From Thermoleophilia bacterium (GTDB taxonomy: Bacteria > Actinomycetota > Thermoleophilia > UBA2241), in the NCBI GenBank assembly GCA_041393415.1, contig JAWKKE010000001.1:327608-391607 (forward strand): a stretch of 64,000 nt of DNA. The letters run 5' to 3'. The notes under the pieces are model-generated. The model was given only the letters and a program-made list of their open reading frames with translations. It searched no databases and was not told the DNA's origin. The first letter of the stretch is position 1, and each line of letters starts with the position of its first letter. Below are positions 36,831 to 46,492 of this stretch, in pieces. A program made the position numbers and the translations under genes.

Positions 36831-38009
36831 TCAGTCTACCGACGCGAGGAACTCGAGCGCCCGCTGGACCTGCTCGTCCTTCTTCGTCGCCTCATCGTCG
36901 ACGACGCGGATATCCGGCGTGATGCCCTTCTTGTTGATATTCGTGCCGTCGGGCGTGAGGTAGTAGGCCGTCGTGAGCTTCAGTGCAGCACCGTCGTCCA
37001 ATGGAATGATGCTCTGCACGAGGCCCTTGCCGAAGGTTCGCGTGCCGATGATCTCGGCCCGCTCATGGTCTTTGAGTGCGCCGGTAACGATCTCCGAGGC
37101 GCTCGCCGAGTAGTTGTTGACGAGAACGACGAGGGGCTTGTCGGTGGCTACAGGCCCCTGCGTCTCCAGAACCTCGAGCGGCGAGTTCTCACCCTTAGTC
37201 GAAGTGACGACGCCTGTCTGGAAGATGCCGGTCACGTCTACGGCCTGAGTCAGCAAGCCACCGCCGTTGTAGCGCAGATCGAGAATGAACGACTGCGCAC
37301 CCTTAGCCGTGAGCGACTCAACGTCGTCGCGCACATCGCGCGCGGCGTTTCCGCCGAATTCGTAGAGCTGGATGTAACCGACCTTCTCGCCCTCGGTCTT
37401 CATCATCTCGGTGCTCGTCTCGGGGATCTCGATGGTACGTCGCGTCACCGTCACCTTACGCACCGAATCCTTGCCCTTCGGCTTGACGCCGAGTTCGACG
37501 TCCGTGCCCTCTTCGCCCTTGATGCGAGCGATGCTCGTCTCGACGGCGACATCGACGGTGGTCTCTCCGTCCACAGTGACGATCGTATCGCCGGGAGCGA
37601 GCCCCGCCTCCTCCGCCGGCGACCCCTCGAAGACGCTTGTGATTACGAGGCCTTTGTCCGTCGCTTGCAGAGCTGCCCCAATGCCCGAGTACTCGCCCTT
37701 CTGCTTCTCCTCGAAGGCCTGCGTCTCCTCGGGGGTCAAGTACACGGTGTAGGGATCGTTCAACGATTCGAGCGTTCCACTCACCCCCGCCTGCGACAGC
37801 TCATCGGCGTCGAGGGGCTTGTAGTAACGGTCGAGTAGTTCCTGGATGATGCGTTCCTGCAACGCGCCGGCCTCCTCCGCTGCAGTCTTGTTGTCGCGGA
37901 GAGAGCCGAGCGAAAGATTGTCGCCGTGCAGGAACCAGCCGGCGAAATACCCCCCGAGGAATCCCAGGGCGACGAGTAGGACGATGACGATGGCGCGCAG
38001 GGCGCGCAT
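36831..38009 (-). CDS. S41 family carboxyl-terminal processing peptidase (CtpA-like) with N-terminal membrane anchor
   Basis: PDZ region then S41 catalytic motifs GFILDLRYNGGGLL and TFGKGLVQS. N-terminal TM helix. ATG overlaps the stop of the upstream M23 gene. Confidence 0.8.
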   Translation of the reverse strand: MRALRAIVIVLLVALGFLGGYFAGWFLHGDNLSLGSLRDNKTAAEEAGALQERIIQELLDRYYKPLDADELSQAGVSGTLESLNDPYTVYLTPEETQAFEEKQKGEYSGIGAALQATDKGLVITSVFEGSPAEEAGLAPGDTIVTVDGETTVDVAVETSIARIKGEEGTDVELGVKPKGKDSVRKVTVTRRTIEIPETSTEMMKTEGEKVGYIQLYEFGGNAARDVRDDVESLTAKGAQSFILDLRYNGGGLLTQAVDVTGIFQTGVVTSTKGENSPLEVLETQGPVATDKPLVVLVNNYSASASEIVTGALKDHERAEIIGTRTFGKGLVQSIIPLDDGAALKLTTAYYLTPDGTNINKKGITPDIRVVDDEATKKDEQVQRALEFLASVD

Positions 38010-39208
38010 CAGTTTATGTAACCCATCGGGTCGACCGGATTACCGTTGACGCGGACCTCAAAGTGCAGGTGGGGCCCGGTGGAGTAGCCGGTAGACCCAA
38101 CGTAGCCGATCACCTGTCCGCGCGTTACAGAAGCACCGTTGCTGACCGCGAACGACGACTGGTGAGCGTAGAGCGTCGAGATGCCGCCGCCATGATTCAC
38201 GATGATCACGTTGCCGTAGCCGCCCATCCACGTGGCGTAGATCACCGTGCCGGAGTCGGCGGCATGGATCGGCGTGCCGTAACCCACTCCGAAGTCGACA
38301 CCGGTGTGGAACTTACGGTAGCCGAAGATGGGGTGAATACGCCATCCGAAGGGCGACGTTATGGGGCCGCTCACCGGCCTCATCATGTCGCCGGTGCCGC
38401 CGCCGCCACTCGAGTTGTTGATGACACCCGAGAGTTGCTGGCTCTCGGCCAGGAGTTCAGCCTCCTGCTTCTTGAGCACGGCGATATCGTCTTCGACGGC
38501 CGACAGCGCACCCTTCTTCTCGAGCCGCGCCGCCTTCGAGTCAGCCTTCTGCTGCGTCTGGGCCGCTTCCAGCGCCGCCAGATCGTCGCTCTGCTGCTGC
38601 AAGTCCACGACCGTGCTGTGGACGTCCTGCTCCTTGGTGGCGATCTCCTTCTTCTCGCGCTGAACGCGATCGCGCGCCTGCTCCAACTGCCCAACCAGGT
38701 CGTTGGTGCCGTTAATCAAGTCGCCGACCATACGCGTGCGCGAGACGAGGTCCTCGAAACTCGTCGAGGCGAGCACCACGTCCATGTAGGTGAGATCCGA
38801 CGTCTTATACGCCGCCACGGCGCGCATAGCGAGGTTGTCTTCCTCGGACTGAAGGTCCTTCTCGGCCTGAACCAACTCGAGACGCTTGAGACGCAGTTGC
38901 TCGCGCAGCGCCTCGAGCTTCTCGCGCGTGGTCGAGAGCTTGCCCTCGACCGAGGCGATCTGGGTGTCCAGCCGATGCAACTCGGCGTCGATTTGCGTCA
39001 GGCGCTTGTCGATCGCGGCGATCTGATTGCTCAGCGTCTTCTTGCGGTCGTTGGCGTCGGCGATCTTCGCACGCGCGCTCTTGAGCTTGCTGTTGATCTC
39101 CGACTGCGTGGCGGCATGGCTTGAGGTCGCGAATGCGCCGAGGCAGGCAACGAACGCCAGCACCATTAGTGCGACGATGAAGATGCGTCTACGAAGGTCA
39201 GTCACCAT
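38009..39208 (-). CDS. M23 family metallopeptidase with N-terminal coiled-coil (EnvC-like)
   Basis: Signal/TM, long coiled-coil region, C-terminal LytM/M23 motifs HTGVDFGVGYGTPIHAADSG and GSTGYSTGPHLHFEV. Directly downstream of ftsEX. Confidence 0.8.
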   Translation of the reverse strand: MVTDLRRRIFIVALMVLAFVACLGAFATSSHAATQSEINSKLKSARAKIADANDRKKTLSNQIAAIDKRLTQIDAELHRLDTQIASVEGKLSTTREKLEALREQLRLKRLELVQAEKDLQSEEDNLAMRAVAAYKTSDLTYMDVVLASTSFEDLVSRTRMVGDLINGTNDLVGQLEQARDRVQREKKEIATKEQDVHSTVVDLQQQSDDLAALEAAQTQQKADSKAARLEKKGALSAVEDDIAVLKKQEAELLAESQQLSGVINNSSGGGGTGDMMRPVSGPITSPFGWRIHPIFGYRKFHTGVDFGVGYGTPIHAADSGTVIYATWMGGYGNVIIVNHGGGISTLYAHQSSFAVSNGASVTRGQVIGYVGSTGYSTGPHLHFEVRVNGNPVDPMGYIN

Positions 39209-39255
39209 AGCGATTCATACCAGTTCTTCGGTCGGAGGGCAGATTCCTGTAGGCC

Positions 39256-40173
39256 TCACGTCTTCAAGTAGCGACGCAGAGCGACGAGACTGCCGACTGC
39301 GCCGAGCACGGCGCCGATGAGCGCCAGCGTCGGCAGCAGTCCGAGCGGCCATGTCCCCGAACGCAGGAGGATCGGATAGATCCGCAGACGCAGGAAGTTG
39401 ATCTCCGAGCCCTGAATCCAACTCGACAGCGCATAGTTGCAGACATACACGAAGGCCGAGGCCAAGAGCGCCCCGATCAGGCCAGTGATGAAGCCCTCGA
39501 GCACGAACGGCCAGCGAATGAACCAGTTCGTGGCGCCGACCAGGCGCATGATCTCGACTTCGCGACGCCGGGCGAAGATGGAGAGCCGCACCGTCGTGCT
39601 GATGAGTAGAACGGCAGCGATGGCGAAGATGCCGGTGAGAACCCACATGCCCTTCTCGATGAGGCTCAGCGTGCCGAGCATCTTGCGGACCGTGTCTTGA
39701 GCGTACTTGACGCCGTTATGCGTTCCCGGAGCGTGATCCACGGTGGCGTCGTCGAAGAACTGCTCGGCGATCTTGTCGACGTCGTTCGCGTCCTTGGCTT
39801 GAATCTCAAACGAAGCCGGCAAGGGGTTGTCGGTGAGATTGTCGACGATGCGGTCGCCGTAGCGCTTCTTGAAGATCTCGAGCGCCTCTTCTTTGGAGAT
39901 GTAGCGGAAGGTCTTGACCTCGGGCATCTGCTCGATCTTGCGCTGCAGCGCCTGCACTTCCTCGGCCGTCGCATCGTCCCTGATGAAGACCTCGACGGTT
40001 ACCCGATTCTTGAGGCTGGTCGCCCCCTGGTTGAGGTTGTCTCGGGCCACGAGCACGCCGCCCAGGATCGCCGTGCTGATGAACACGGTGATGATGGCCG
40101 CCATGGCCATCACCCAGTTGCGCCGCATCGAGCCGAGCGCTTCACCAAGGAAGAAGCTAGTCCTCATCGGCAA
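39256..40173 (-). CDS. ftsX: Cell division permease-like protein FtsX
   Basis: 305 aa, 4 predicted TM segments, extracellular-domain region, directly after ftsE with 17-nt overlap. Confidence 0.85.
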   Translation of the reverse strand: MPMRTSFFLGEALGSMRRNWVMAMAAIITVFISTAILGGVLVARDNLNQGATSLKNRVTVEVFIRDDATAEEVQALQRKIEQMPEVKTFRYISKEEALEIFKKRYGDRIVDNLTDNPLPASFEIQAKDANDVDKIAEQFFDDATVDHAPGTHNGVKYAQDTVRKMLGTLSLIEKGMWVLTGIFAIAAVLLISTTVRLSIFARRREVEIMRLVGATNWFIRWPFVLEGFITGLIGALLASAFVYVCNYALSSWIQGSEINFLRLRIYPILLRSGTWPLGLLPTLALIGAVLGAVGSLVALRRYLKT

Positions 40174-40873
40174 CCTCGTCGCTCGCTTCGTTCACTTGGT
40201 CGTAGGCGCCGCGACGCTCATCGCGCACCAGTTCGCCGTGATCGAGTTGCAGCACGCGTCGCCGCATGCGATTGACCATGTCGCGGTCGTGGGTGGCGAT
40301 CACAACCGTGGTGCCGGTGCGCTGGATGCGCACCAGAAGCTGCATGATGCCGACCGCCGTATCCGGGTCGATATTGCCGGTCGGCTCGTCGGCGAGCAAC
40401 AGCGGCGGGTGATTGACGAAGGCGCGCGCCACGGAGACGCGTTGCTGCTCGCCACCGGAGATCTCGTGCGGGTAGTTGTTCATCTTCTCCGAGAGACCCA
40501 CGAGGTTCAGGATCTCGGGCACCTTGCGACGAATGGACCGTTTGGGCTCGCCGACGACCTCGAGCGCGTAAGCGACGTTGTCGTGCACGGTCTTGTTGGG
40601 CAGCAGCTTGAAGTCTTGAAAGACGCAGCCGATGTTGCGCCGCAAGAGAGGCACCTTGCTGCGCTTGAGTGTATTGAGGTTGCGGCCAGCGACGAGGATG
40701 CGACCCTCATCCGGCATCAGCTCACGCAGCACCAACTTGATGAGCGTGGACTTGCCGGATCCGGATGGCCCCACGAGGAAAACGAACTCGCCCTTGCCGA
40801 TGTGGCAGTTGAAGTTCTTGAGGCCGACAGTACTGGCGTCGTACGTCTTCGTGACGCCTTCAAACAAGATCAT
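40157..40873 (-). CDS. ftsE: Cell division ATP-binding protein FtsE (ABC ATPase)
   Basis: Walker A LVGPSGSGKSTL, ABC signature ISGGEQQRVSVARA, Walker B LLLADEPTGNIDPD. Confidence 0.9.
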   Translation of the reverse strand: MILFEGVTKTYDASTVGLKNFNCHIGKGEFVFLVGPSGSGKSTLIKLVLRELMPDEGRILVAGRNLNTLKRSKVPLLRRNIGCVFQDFKLLPNKTVHDNVAYALEVVGEPKRSIRRKVPEILNLVGLSEKMNNYPHEISGGEQQRVSVARAFVNHPPLLLADEPTGNIDPDTAVGIMQLLVRIQRTGTTVVIATHDRDMVNRMRRRVLQLDHGELVRDERRGAYDQVNEASDEVADED

Positions 40874-41059
40874 TCGGGCGCTCTCCCTTGTCAGCCGTCA
40901 GGATGCCCCGTCAGGCATTATGGCGGGCCGAGGGAGGGACCTCAACCCGGAGGGCCGCGGGCAGACTGATATGGCGCCTGCCGGCGACGTACGAGCGAGC
41001 TTCGCCAGCGCGCCCGACTCTCCTTCCGCGACGCGCTTTCAGGTGTCCCCCTGACGCAG

Positions 41060-43468
41060 CTACGAGAGCGCCTCCGCGGCAGGCAGAGGGAGATCGAGCA
41101 CTGCGCCGCCGGCGAGTTCGTGGGCGGCGCCGGCAACGCTGACGCGGATCGCCGGCGCCGCCCCCGGAGCCAGCTCGAGAAGCAGCCGTGTGGGCGTGCA
41201 GCGCACGACGATGAGATGGCCGCGGAACACCATGCGATAGGCGACCTCGCTGACCTCATCCGGCAGCGATGGGTCGAAGTGCAGGCCGTCCGCGTCGCAG
41301 GCGAGGCCAAGCGCGCCGCGCTGCAGCATGTCGACCGTGCTGGCCATCACGCCGAGATGGACGCCCTCGCGGGTCGTGCCGCCTTGAATGTCGTTCACGT
41401 CGCTGCCGAGGGCGGCTCTGAAGTGGCGCCCGGCCGTGACCGGGTCGTGGCGCGCCATCACCCACGCGTAGACCGCACGACTGAGCGTGGAGCCGTGCGA
41501 GCTGCGGCGCTCGTGATACTCGATCGTCCGCCGCGCAGCAGCGGCGGAGAAGTCGACCCCGAGACGCTCCAACACGGCACCGACCTCGGACTCCGACAGC
41601 AAGTAGAAGAGCATCACCGTGTCAGCCTGCTTGGAGAGCTTGTAGCGATTGGCCGTGTCGCCCTCCGCCTCGAGGATCCGGTCGAGACGATGAATGTCGC
41701 CGTACTTGGCGCGATAGCCCTCCCAATCGAACTCAGCGAGTTCAGCGTACCCCTCGAACTGGCTGAGAACGCCTCCCTCGTCGACGACAACCGTGAGACG
41801 GCGTGAGAGATCGTCCCAGAGCGAGCGCTCGGCGTCGTCGATACCGAGTTGCTGGCAGAGCTCGTCCCGGCGCCACGCGGGCAGATGCGCGAGGATCTCG
41901 TCGGCCTTGGTCGCCATCCAAGCGACCATCACATTCGTGTACACGTTGTTGTCGATACCCGGCTGCTCGGCATCCGGGTAACCGTCGTGGTACTCGTCCG
42001 GACCCATGACGCCACGAATGTCGTAGCGCCCGGTCGCTTCGTTGAAGGTCGCAAGCCCGGCGAGGAAGCGCAGCAACTCCAGGAAGAGTTCGGCTCCGTA
42101 TTCGCTCATGAACGCATCGTCGAGCGTCCATTCGTAGTACTTCCATACATTGTGAGCGATAGCGATGGCGACGTGGCGCTGCAGGTGCGAGTTGTCCTCA
42201 AGCCAACGTCCCGAGTTGGGGTTGAGGTGCATGGTCTGCGTCTCTTCGCTGCCGTCGCTGCCGCTCTGCCAGGGGAACATGGCGCCGGCCTTGCCCGCGG
42301 CCCGCGCCGCGGCGCGGGCCGCGGGGAGCCGGCGATAGCGATAGAGCAGCAGAGCGCGGGCCACCTGCGGCAGAGCCCGCGTCACGAACGGCAGAATGTA
42401 CAGCTCATCCCAGAAGATGTGCCCGCGATAAGCCTCCCCATGGAGGCCCCGCGCGGGCACTCCCACATCCAGGCCGGCGGCGTTCGGCGAGGCAACCTGC
42501 AGCGTGTGAAACGCATGCAGCCGGGCGATGCGCGTCGTCTCGGGATCGCTGGGCACGTCGACCGCGGCACGTCGCCACAGACGCCGCCAGGCCTCTTCGT
42601 GTGAGCTGAGAAGCTCCGCGAACGACTCGCCGCCGGCGAGACTGGCGCGGGCGGCGACTTCCGGCGCCGAGATCGCCGCGTCACGCGACGTGTGCAGCGC
42701 AACGATCTTCTCGATCGTCACCGGCACACCGGGCTCCAGCTCAACGCGACAACGTCCTCCCACGTAACCGGCGAGCTCGTCCAGCTCGCAGAGTTCTCTG
42801 GTGCGCACCGGTGTACCGTCCTGAGCGTGCCGAGCGGCCAGCGCCAGACGAACGTGCGATTGACTCGTCTCGACGACGAGAACGGCCGTCCCGTCGTCGT
42901 CGACCGCGCTCACCACCGGCACCAGATGGTGATGCGCAAGCTCCCGGTAGCGCGGCACCCCGATGTTTGTGACGGTGCCGTCGAGCGCCGACAGAATCTC
43001 AATGGGACCCGCCCAATCCTCGGCGGTCAGCGTCGTCTCGAGCCCGGCGAGATGCGGTCGCCCCATGTGCACAAAGCGCCGTTGACGAAGCTCCGTCGTG
43101 CGCCCACCGGCGTCGCGAAAACGCGAGAAGCGGCTGAGAATGCCGCGCTGCATGTCGAGCTCGAGGCGATGCTCGAGCACGCGTGCGTCGCGCAGATCGA
43201 GCCACGATTCGCCGGGCACACGAAACGTGAACGCAAGCCAGTTGGGAACGTTGACCATGTCCTCGTTGACGACGTCGCGTCCCGCAATCTGCGTCGTGAG
43301 CCGATTGAAGCACCCCGCCACATACGTGCCGGGATACGAGACTTCGCCGCTGGCCTCGGGCAACGCGCCACGCGTCGCGAAATACCCGTTGCCGAGCGTG
43401 CTCAGAGCCTCACGCAGGCCCTCACCGTCGGGATCGAAACCCTCCCAGGCGAAGACCCAAGGATTCAT
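41060..43468 (-). CDS. Glycoside hydrolase family 65 disaccharide phosphorylase (trehalose/maltose/kojibiose phosphorylase-like)
   Basis: 802 aa with GH65 N-terminal, central catalytic (alpha/alpha)6 and C-terminal domains, e.g. region YRGHIFWDELYILPF. ATGA overlap with the upstream HAD gene. Confidence 0.75.
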   Translation of the reverse strand: MNPWVFAWEGFDPDGEGLREALSTLGNGYFATRGALPEASGEVSYPGTYVAGCFNRLTTQIAGRDVVNEDMVNVPNWLAFTFRVPGESWLDLRDARVLEHRLELDMQRGILSRFSRFRDAGGRTTELRQRRFVHMGRPHLAGLETTLTAEDWAGPIEILSALDGTVTNIGVPRYRELAHHHLVPVVSAVDDDGTAVLVVETSQSHVRLALAARHAQDGTPVRTRELCELDELAGYVGGRCRVELEPGVPVTIEKIVALHTSRDAAISAPEVAARASLAGGESFAELLSSHEEAWRRLWRRAAVDVPSDPETTRIARLHAFHTLQVASPNAAGLDVGVPARGLHGEAYRGHIFWDELYILPFVTRALPQVARALLLYRYRRLPAARAAARAAGKAGAMFPWQSGSDGSEETQTMHLNPNSGRWLEDNSHLQRHVAIAIAHNVWKYYEWTLDDAFMSEYGAELFLELLRFLAGLATFNEATGRYDIRGVMGPDEYHDGYPDAEQPGIDNNVYTNVMVAWMATKADEILAHLPAWRRDELCQQLGIDDAERSLWDDLSRRLTVVVDEGGVLSQFEGYAELAEFDWEGYRAKYGDIHRLDRILEAEGDTANRYKLSKQADTVMLFYLLSESEVGAVLERLGVDFSAAAARRTIEYHERRSSHGSTLSRAVYAWVMARHDPVTAGRHFRAALGSDVNDIQGGTTREGVHLGVMASTVDMLQRGALGLACDADGLHFDPSLPDEVSEVAYRMVFRGHLIVVRCTPTRLLLELAPGAAPAIRVSVAGAAHELAGGAVLDLPLPAAEALS

Positions 43469-45054
43469 GAGCTCCTCCTCCCAATCGCGACGACGAGCTC
43501 CCCGAGGAAGAGGCGCGCCGCCTCTGTATCGGCGAGCACGTAGTGCGCCGCAGTGGGCTCGTGGCGTTCACCCACGCGCACACCGATGCCATCGGCGGCG
43601 ATGGCCCTGAAGGCGTCTTCGTCGGTCACGTCGTCGCCGATGTAGAGCGGGGTGAGCGGTGTGGCGTTGGCGGCTGAGAGCTGCTCGAGCAACCAGAGAA
43701 CCAGACTGCCCTTGTCCCACGCCATCCCCGGTCGCAGCTCGAATACCTTCTTGCCGCCGGTTCGACGGAGCTTCGGAAAGCGCGGCGCCACCAAGCCAAC
43801 GCCTGCGTCAACACGCGCTTCGTTGGCTGGGTCGACGTTGCGATAGTGGATGGCGATCGCGAAGCGCTTGCGCTCGATGAACACCCCCGGCACCTCGTCG
43901 AGCGCGTCGTGGAGCGCCTGCTCGGCCGCATCGAGATCGGCGAGATACTCGTCACCTACCTGTCGCTGGCCGCCGAGGTTCATCGGCGCGTCCAGGTCGT
44001 AGCCGTGGCTGCCGGAGTAGACGAGGCCATCGATACCGACGAGTTGCTTCACGTCGGCGAGATCGCGCCCGCTCACGATCGCCACGGGGCACACCTTGGC
44101 CAGCCGCTCAACAACGTCCTTCGTCGCCGCCGGCAGAAAGGCCGCGGCAGGATCGTTGACGATCGGTGTGAGCGTGCCGTCGTAGTCGAGAAAGACGGCC
44201 AGCGGCGCCTGCAGCCGGTCGACGATCTCGTCTGCGCTCATCAGCGGAGCGGCCAGCGGCGGCTCGGCCGCGACGACCTCGACTTCACCGAGATCGCCGA
44301 CGACGACGTCGGCGCCGCCGGCGAGCAACCCCGGAGCGTCGCTGCCGCTGCGATCGACGCCGATGACGAGCTTGAAGGCGCCGCTACGGCCGGCCGCGAC
44401 CCCGGCGATCGCATCCTCCACGATCGCTGTGCGCGCCGGCTCGGCACCGACGCGGCGCGCGGCCTCGATGAACACCGCAGGGTCCGGCTTTCCGGGCAGA
44501 CCAAGCTGCTCGGCAACGAGCCCATCGACGCGGACGGGAAAGAGATCGCCGACGCCGGCCGCGCCGAGCACCGCCTCGGCGTTGCGACTGGCCGAGATAA
44601 TTGCCGTGCCGAAGCCGTTGGCCTGCAGCGTGCGCACCAGCTCGACTGTGGTCTCGAAGGGGCGCACGCCATGTTCTTCGATCTCGCTGCGGAAGTACTC
44701 GTTCTTCGAGTTCCCGAGGCCGCAGACCGTCTCCGCCTCGGGCGGGTCGGATGTCTCGCCCCAGGGGAGCTCGATGCCGCGGGAGCGAAGGAAGCAATCG
44801 ACGCCATCGTAGCGCGGCTTACCGTCGACGAACGTCCGGTAGTCGGCGTCTGGATCGAAGGGCACGAACGGTGTGCCCTCCGCGGCCGCATGGCGCTCCA
44901 GGTAGACATCGAAAAGGCGCTTCCAGGCCGCGGCGTGGACGACCGCCGTCCGTGTGACGACCCCGTCCATATCGAAGACGACGGCGTCGAGATCCTTGCG
45001 CGACAGTCGCACCTGATCCATGGCCCCCTCCGTTGATTCACTTGGTTGTGCCAC
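43465..45054 (-). CDS. Bifunctional HAD protein: N-terminal beta-phosphoglucomutase-like, C-terminal trehalose-6-phosphate phosphatase (OtsB)-like
   Basis: First HAD motif I VVFDMDGVV (beta-PGM-like, with GKPDPAVF). Second HAD motif I VFLDYDGTLTPIV and later GDDVTDEDAF (TPP/OtsB-like). 529 aa. Confidence 0.7.
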   Translation of the reverse strand: MAQPSESTEGAMDQVRLSRKDLDAVVFDMDGVVTRTAVVHAAAWKRLFDVYLERHAAAEGTPFVPFDPDADYRTFVDGKPRYDGVDCFLRSRGIELPWGETSDPPEAETVCGLGNSKNEYFRSEIEEHGVRPFETTVELVRTLQANGFGTAIISASRNAEAVLGAAGVGDLFPVRVDGLVAEQLGLPGKPDPAVFIEAARRVGAEPARTAIVEDAIAGVAAGRSGAFKLVIGVDRSGSDAPGLLAGGADVVVGDLGEVEVVAAEPPLAAPLMSADEIVDRLQAPLAVFLDYDGTLTPIVNDPAAAFLPAATKDVVERLAKVCPVAIVSGRDLADVKQLVGIDGLVYSGSHGYDLDAPMNLGGQRQVGDEYLADLDAAEQALHDALDEVPGVFIERKRFAIAIHYRNVDPANEARVDAGVGLVAPRFPKLRRTGGKKVFELRPGMAWDKGSLVLWLLEQLSAANATPLTPLYIGDDVTDEDAFRAIAADGIGVRVGERHEPTAAHYVLADTEAARLFLGELVVAIGRRSS

Positions 45055-45111
45055 GTGGGCTTGTGCCCCTCTAGCGTACCGTAACCCTAACGAGAGACGG
45101 CAGTGTTTCCC

Positions 45112-46371
45112 CTAGAACCAGGCTGCGAAGTACACCGTGCCCACGATGAGCAGGAACGAGAAACAAGCGGCAACCGCCCAGCGTGCCAACGGACGAGGGA
45201 CGAGCACTGCCGCGAGGCCGATGAAGAGCGGGAAGTCGACAAGCACGAAGCGCGGCAAGCTCGACAGAGGTCGCCCTGCGGCAGGATAGAAGAGCGGAAA
45301 GAGGAGCGCGGCGAGGGCGTAGAGCGTGTACGGGGCGGGCAGCGTGCGCCAGCAGACGACGACCAGCACAATCCCCGCCGCCAGACCCGCGAACTCAAGG
45401 ACATTCGCGAGTTCCTGTATGGGCATGCCGCCAGAATCGTTGCGCGTCCCCGCGAGCGCACCAAGACCCTCGCCGGCCAGCCAAGCCACGCCGTCGTACG
45501 CACTGCGAACGCCCTCCACAATCGCCGTCCACGGCGCGGCCAACCCGCGACCCCAATTCCCTTGTACGGCGCCGAACAACAGCGGATCGCCGAACGCCTG
45601 CCAGAGGTAGACCATGTACACGGCGAGGCCGACCGGCACGAGCGCCAAGGCGACGACCGTCCACGGTTTGGGACGCTTCCCGGGACGCTTCGGCGCCGCC
45701 GGCCCCCCAGGCAGACGCAGTCCCGCACCCCGCCACTGCTCCCACCACATGAAGGCGAGAGGCACGAGGAGCGCGAGCCCGGTGCTTCGCGTCGCGGTTG
45801 CCAGCAGGCCGGCCACACCGGCGGCCAGCCACTGCCCGCGGCGCGCCGCACTGAAGCAGAGCAGCGTCAGCATGAGAAACAGCGACTCGCTGTACACGGC
45901 CTGAAAGACGAGCGCCGTCGGAAACACAGAGATGAAGACGACGCTCCAGAGCGCCACTGGAGCACCGAGCTCGTCGCGCACGAGACGGAAGAGCAGGGCC
46001 ATGGCAGCGCCGTAGCAGACGACCGACACCACAACGCCGGCGACGACCAGATCGCCGCCGAGCACGTACGCGGCGGCACGGACGAGCAGCGGGTACAGAG
46101 GGAAGAAGGCCTGACTGTTCTCGTGGGCGGCGTAGCCGTCGGCGGCGATGCGCACATACCACACACCGTCCCAGTGCGCCCACGGCCCGAAGAGGCGCCC
46201 GGCGAAGCCGCTCAGCGCCTCCGCACGAGGATCGCGGAGAAAGGCGGCACGCTCGCGCACGCCGATCGTCGCCACCGTCGCCAGAGCAACGACGAAGAGC
46301 AGGATGCGACTCCCGAGCGACGCGACGACGGCCCAGCGAACAGCGTTGACGGCACGTCGCGCCATCACCAC
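45112..46371 (-). CDS. Polytopic membrane glycosyltransferase (mannosyltransferase-like, GT87/DUF2029/PMT_2-type)
   Basis: 419 aa, ~10 TM helices, conserved early loop FFPLYPLL and WDGVWY region typical of membrane mannosyltransferases. Family assignment approximate. Confidence 0.5.
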   Translation of the reverse strand: MVMARRAVNAVRWAVVASLGSRILLFVVALATVATIGVRERAAFLRDPRAEALSGFAGRLFGPWAHWDGVWYVRIAADGYAAHENSQAFFPLYPLLVRAAAYVLGGDLVVAGVVVSVVCYGAAMALLFRLVRDELGAPVALWSVVFISVFPTALVFQAVYSESLFLMLTLLCFSAARRGQWLAAGVAGLLATATRSTGLALLVPLAFMWWEQWRGAGLRLPGGPAAPKRPGKRPKPWTVVALALVPVGLAVYMVYLWQAFGDPLLFGAVQGNWGRGLAAPWTAIVEGVRSAYDGVAWLAGEGLGALAGTRNDSGGMPIQELANVLEFAGLAAGIVLVVVCWRTLPAPYTLYALAALLFPLFYPAAGRPLSSLPRFVLVDFPLFIGLAAVLVPRPLARWAVAACFSFLLIVGTVYFAAWF

Positions 46372-46492
46372 ACGCCGCCGCGCTCGCCCACCGCCGCCTC
46401 CTCAGCCGATCGCTCCTCGTAGAATAGTATCCATGACCACCGACCCATTGCGCGCCCGCCGGCGGATCCCCGGCGGGCGCTGAGCCGATCCA

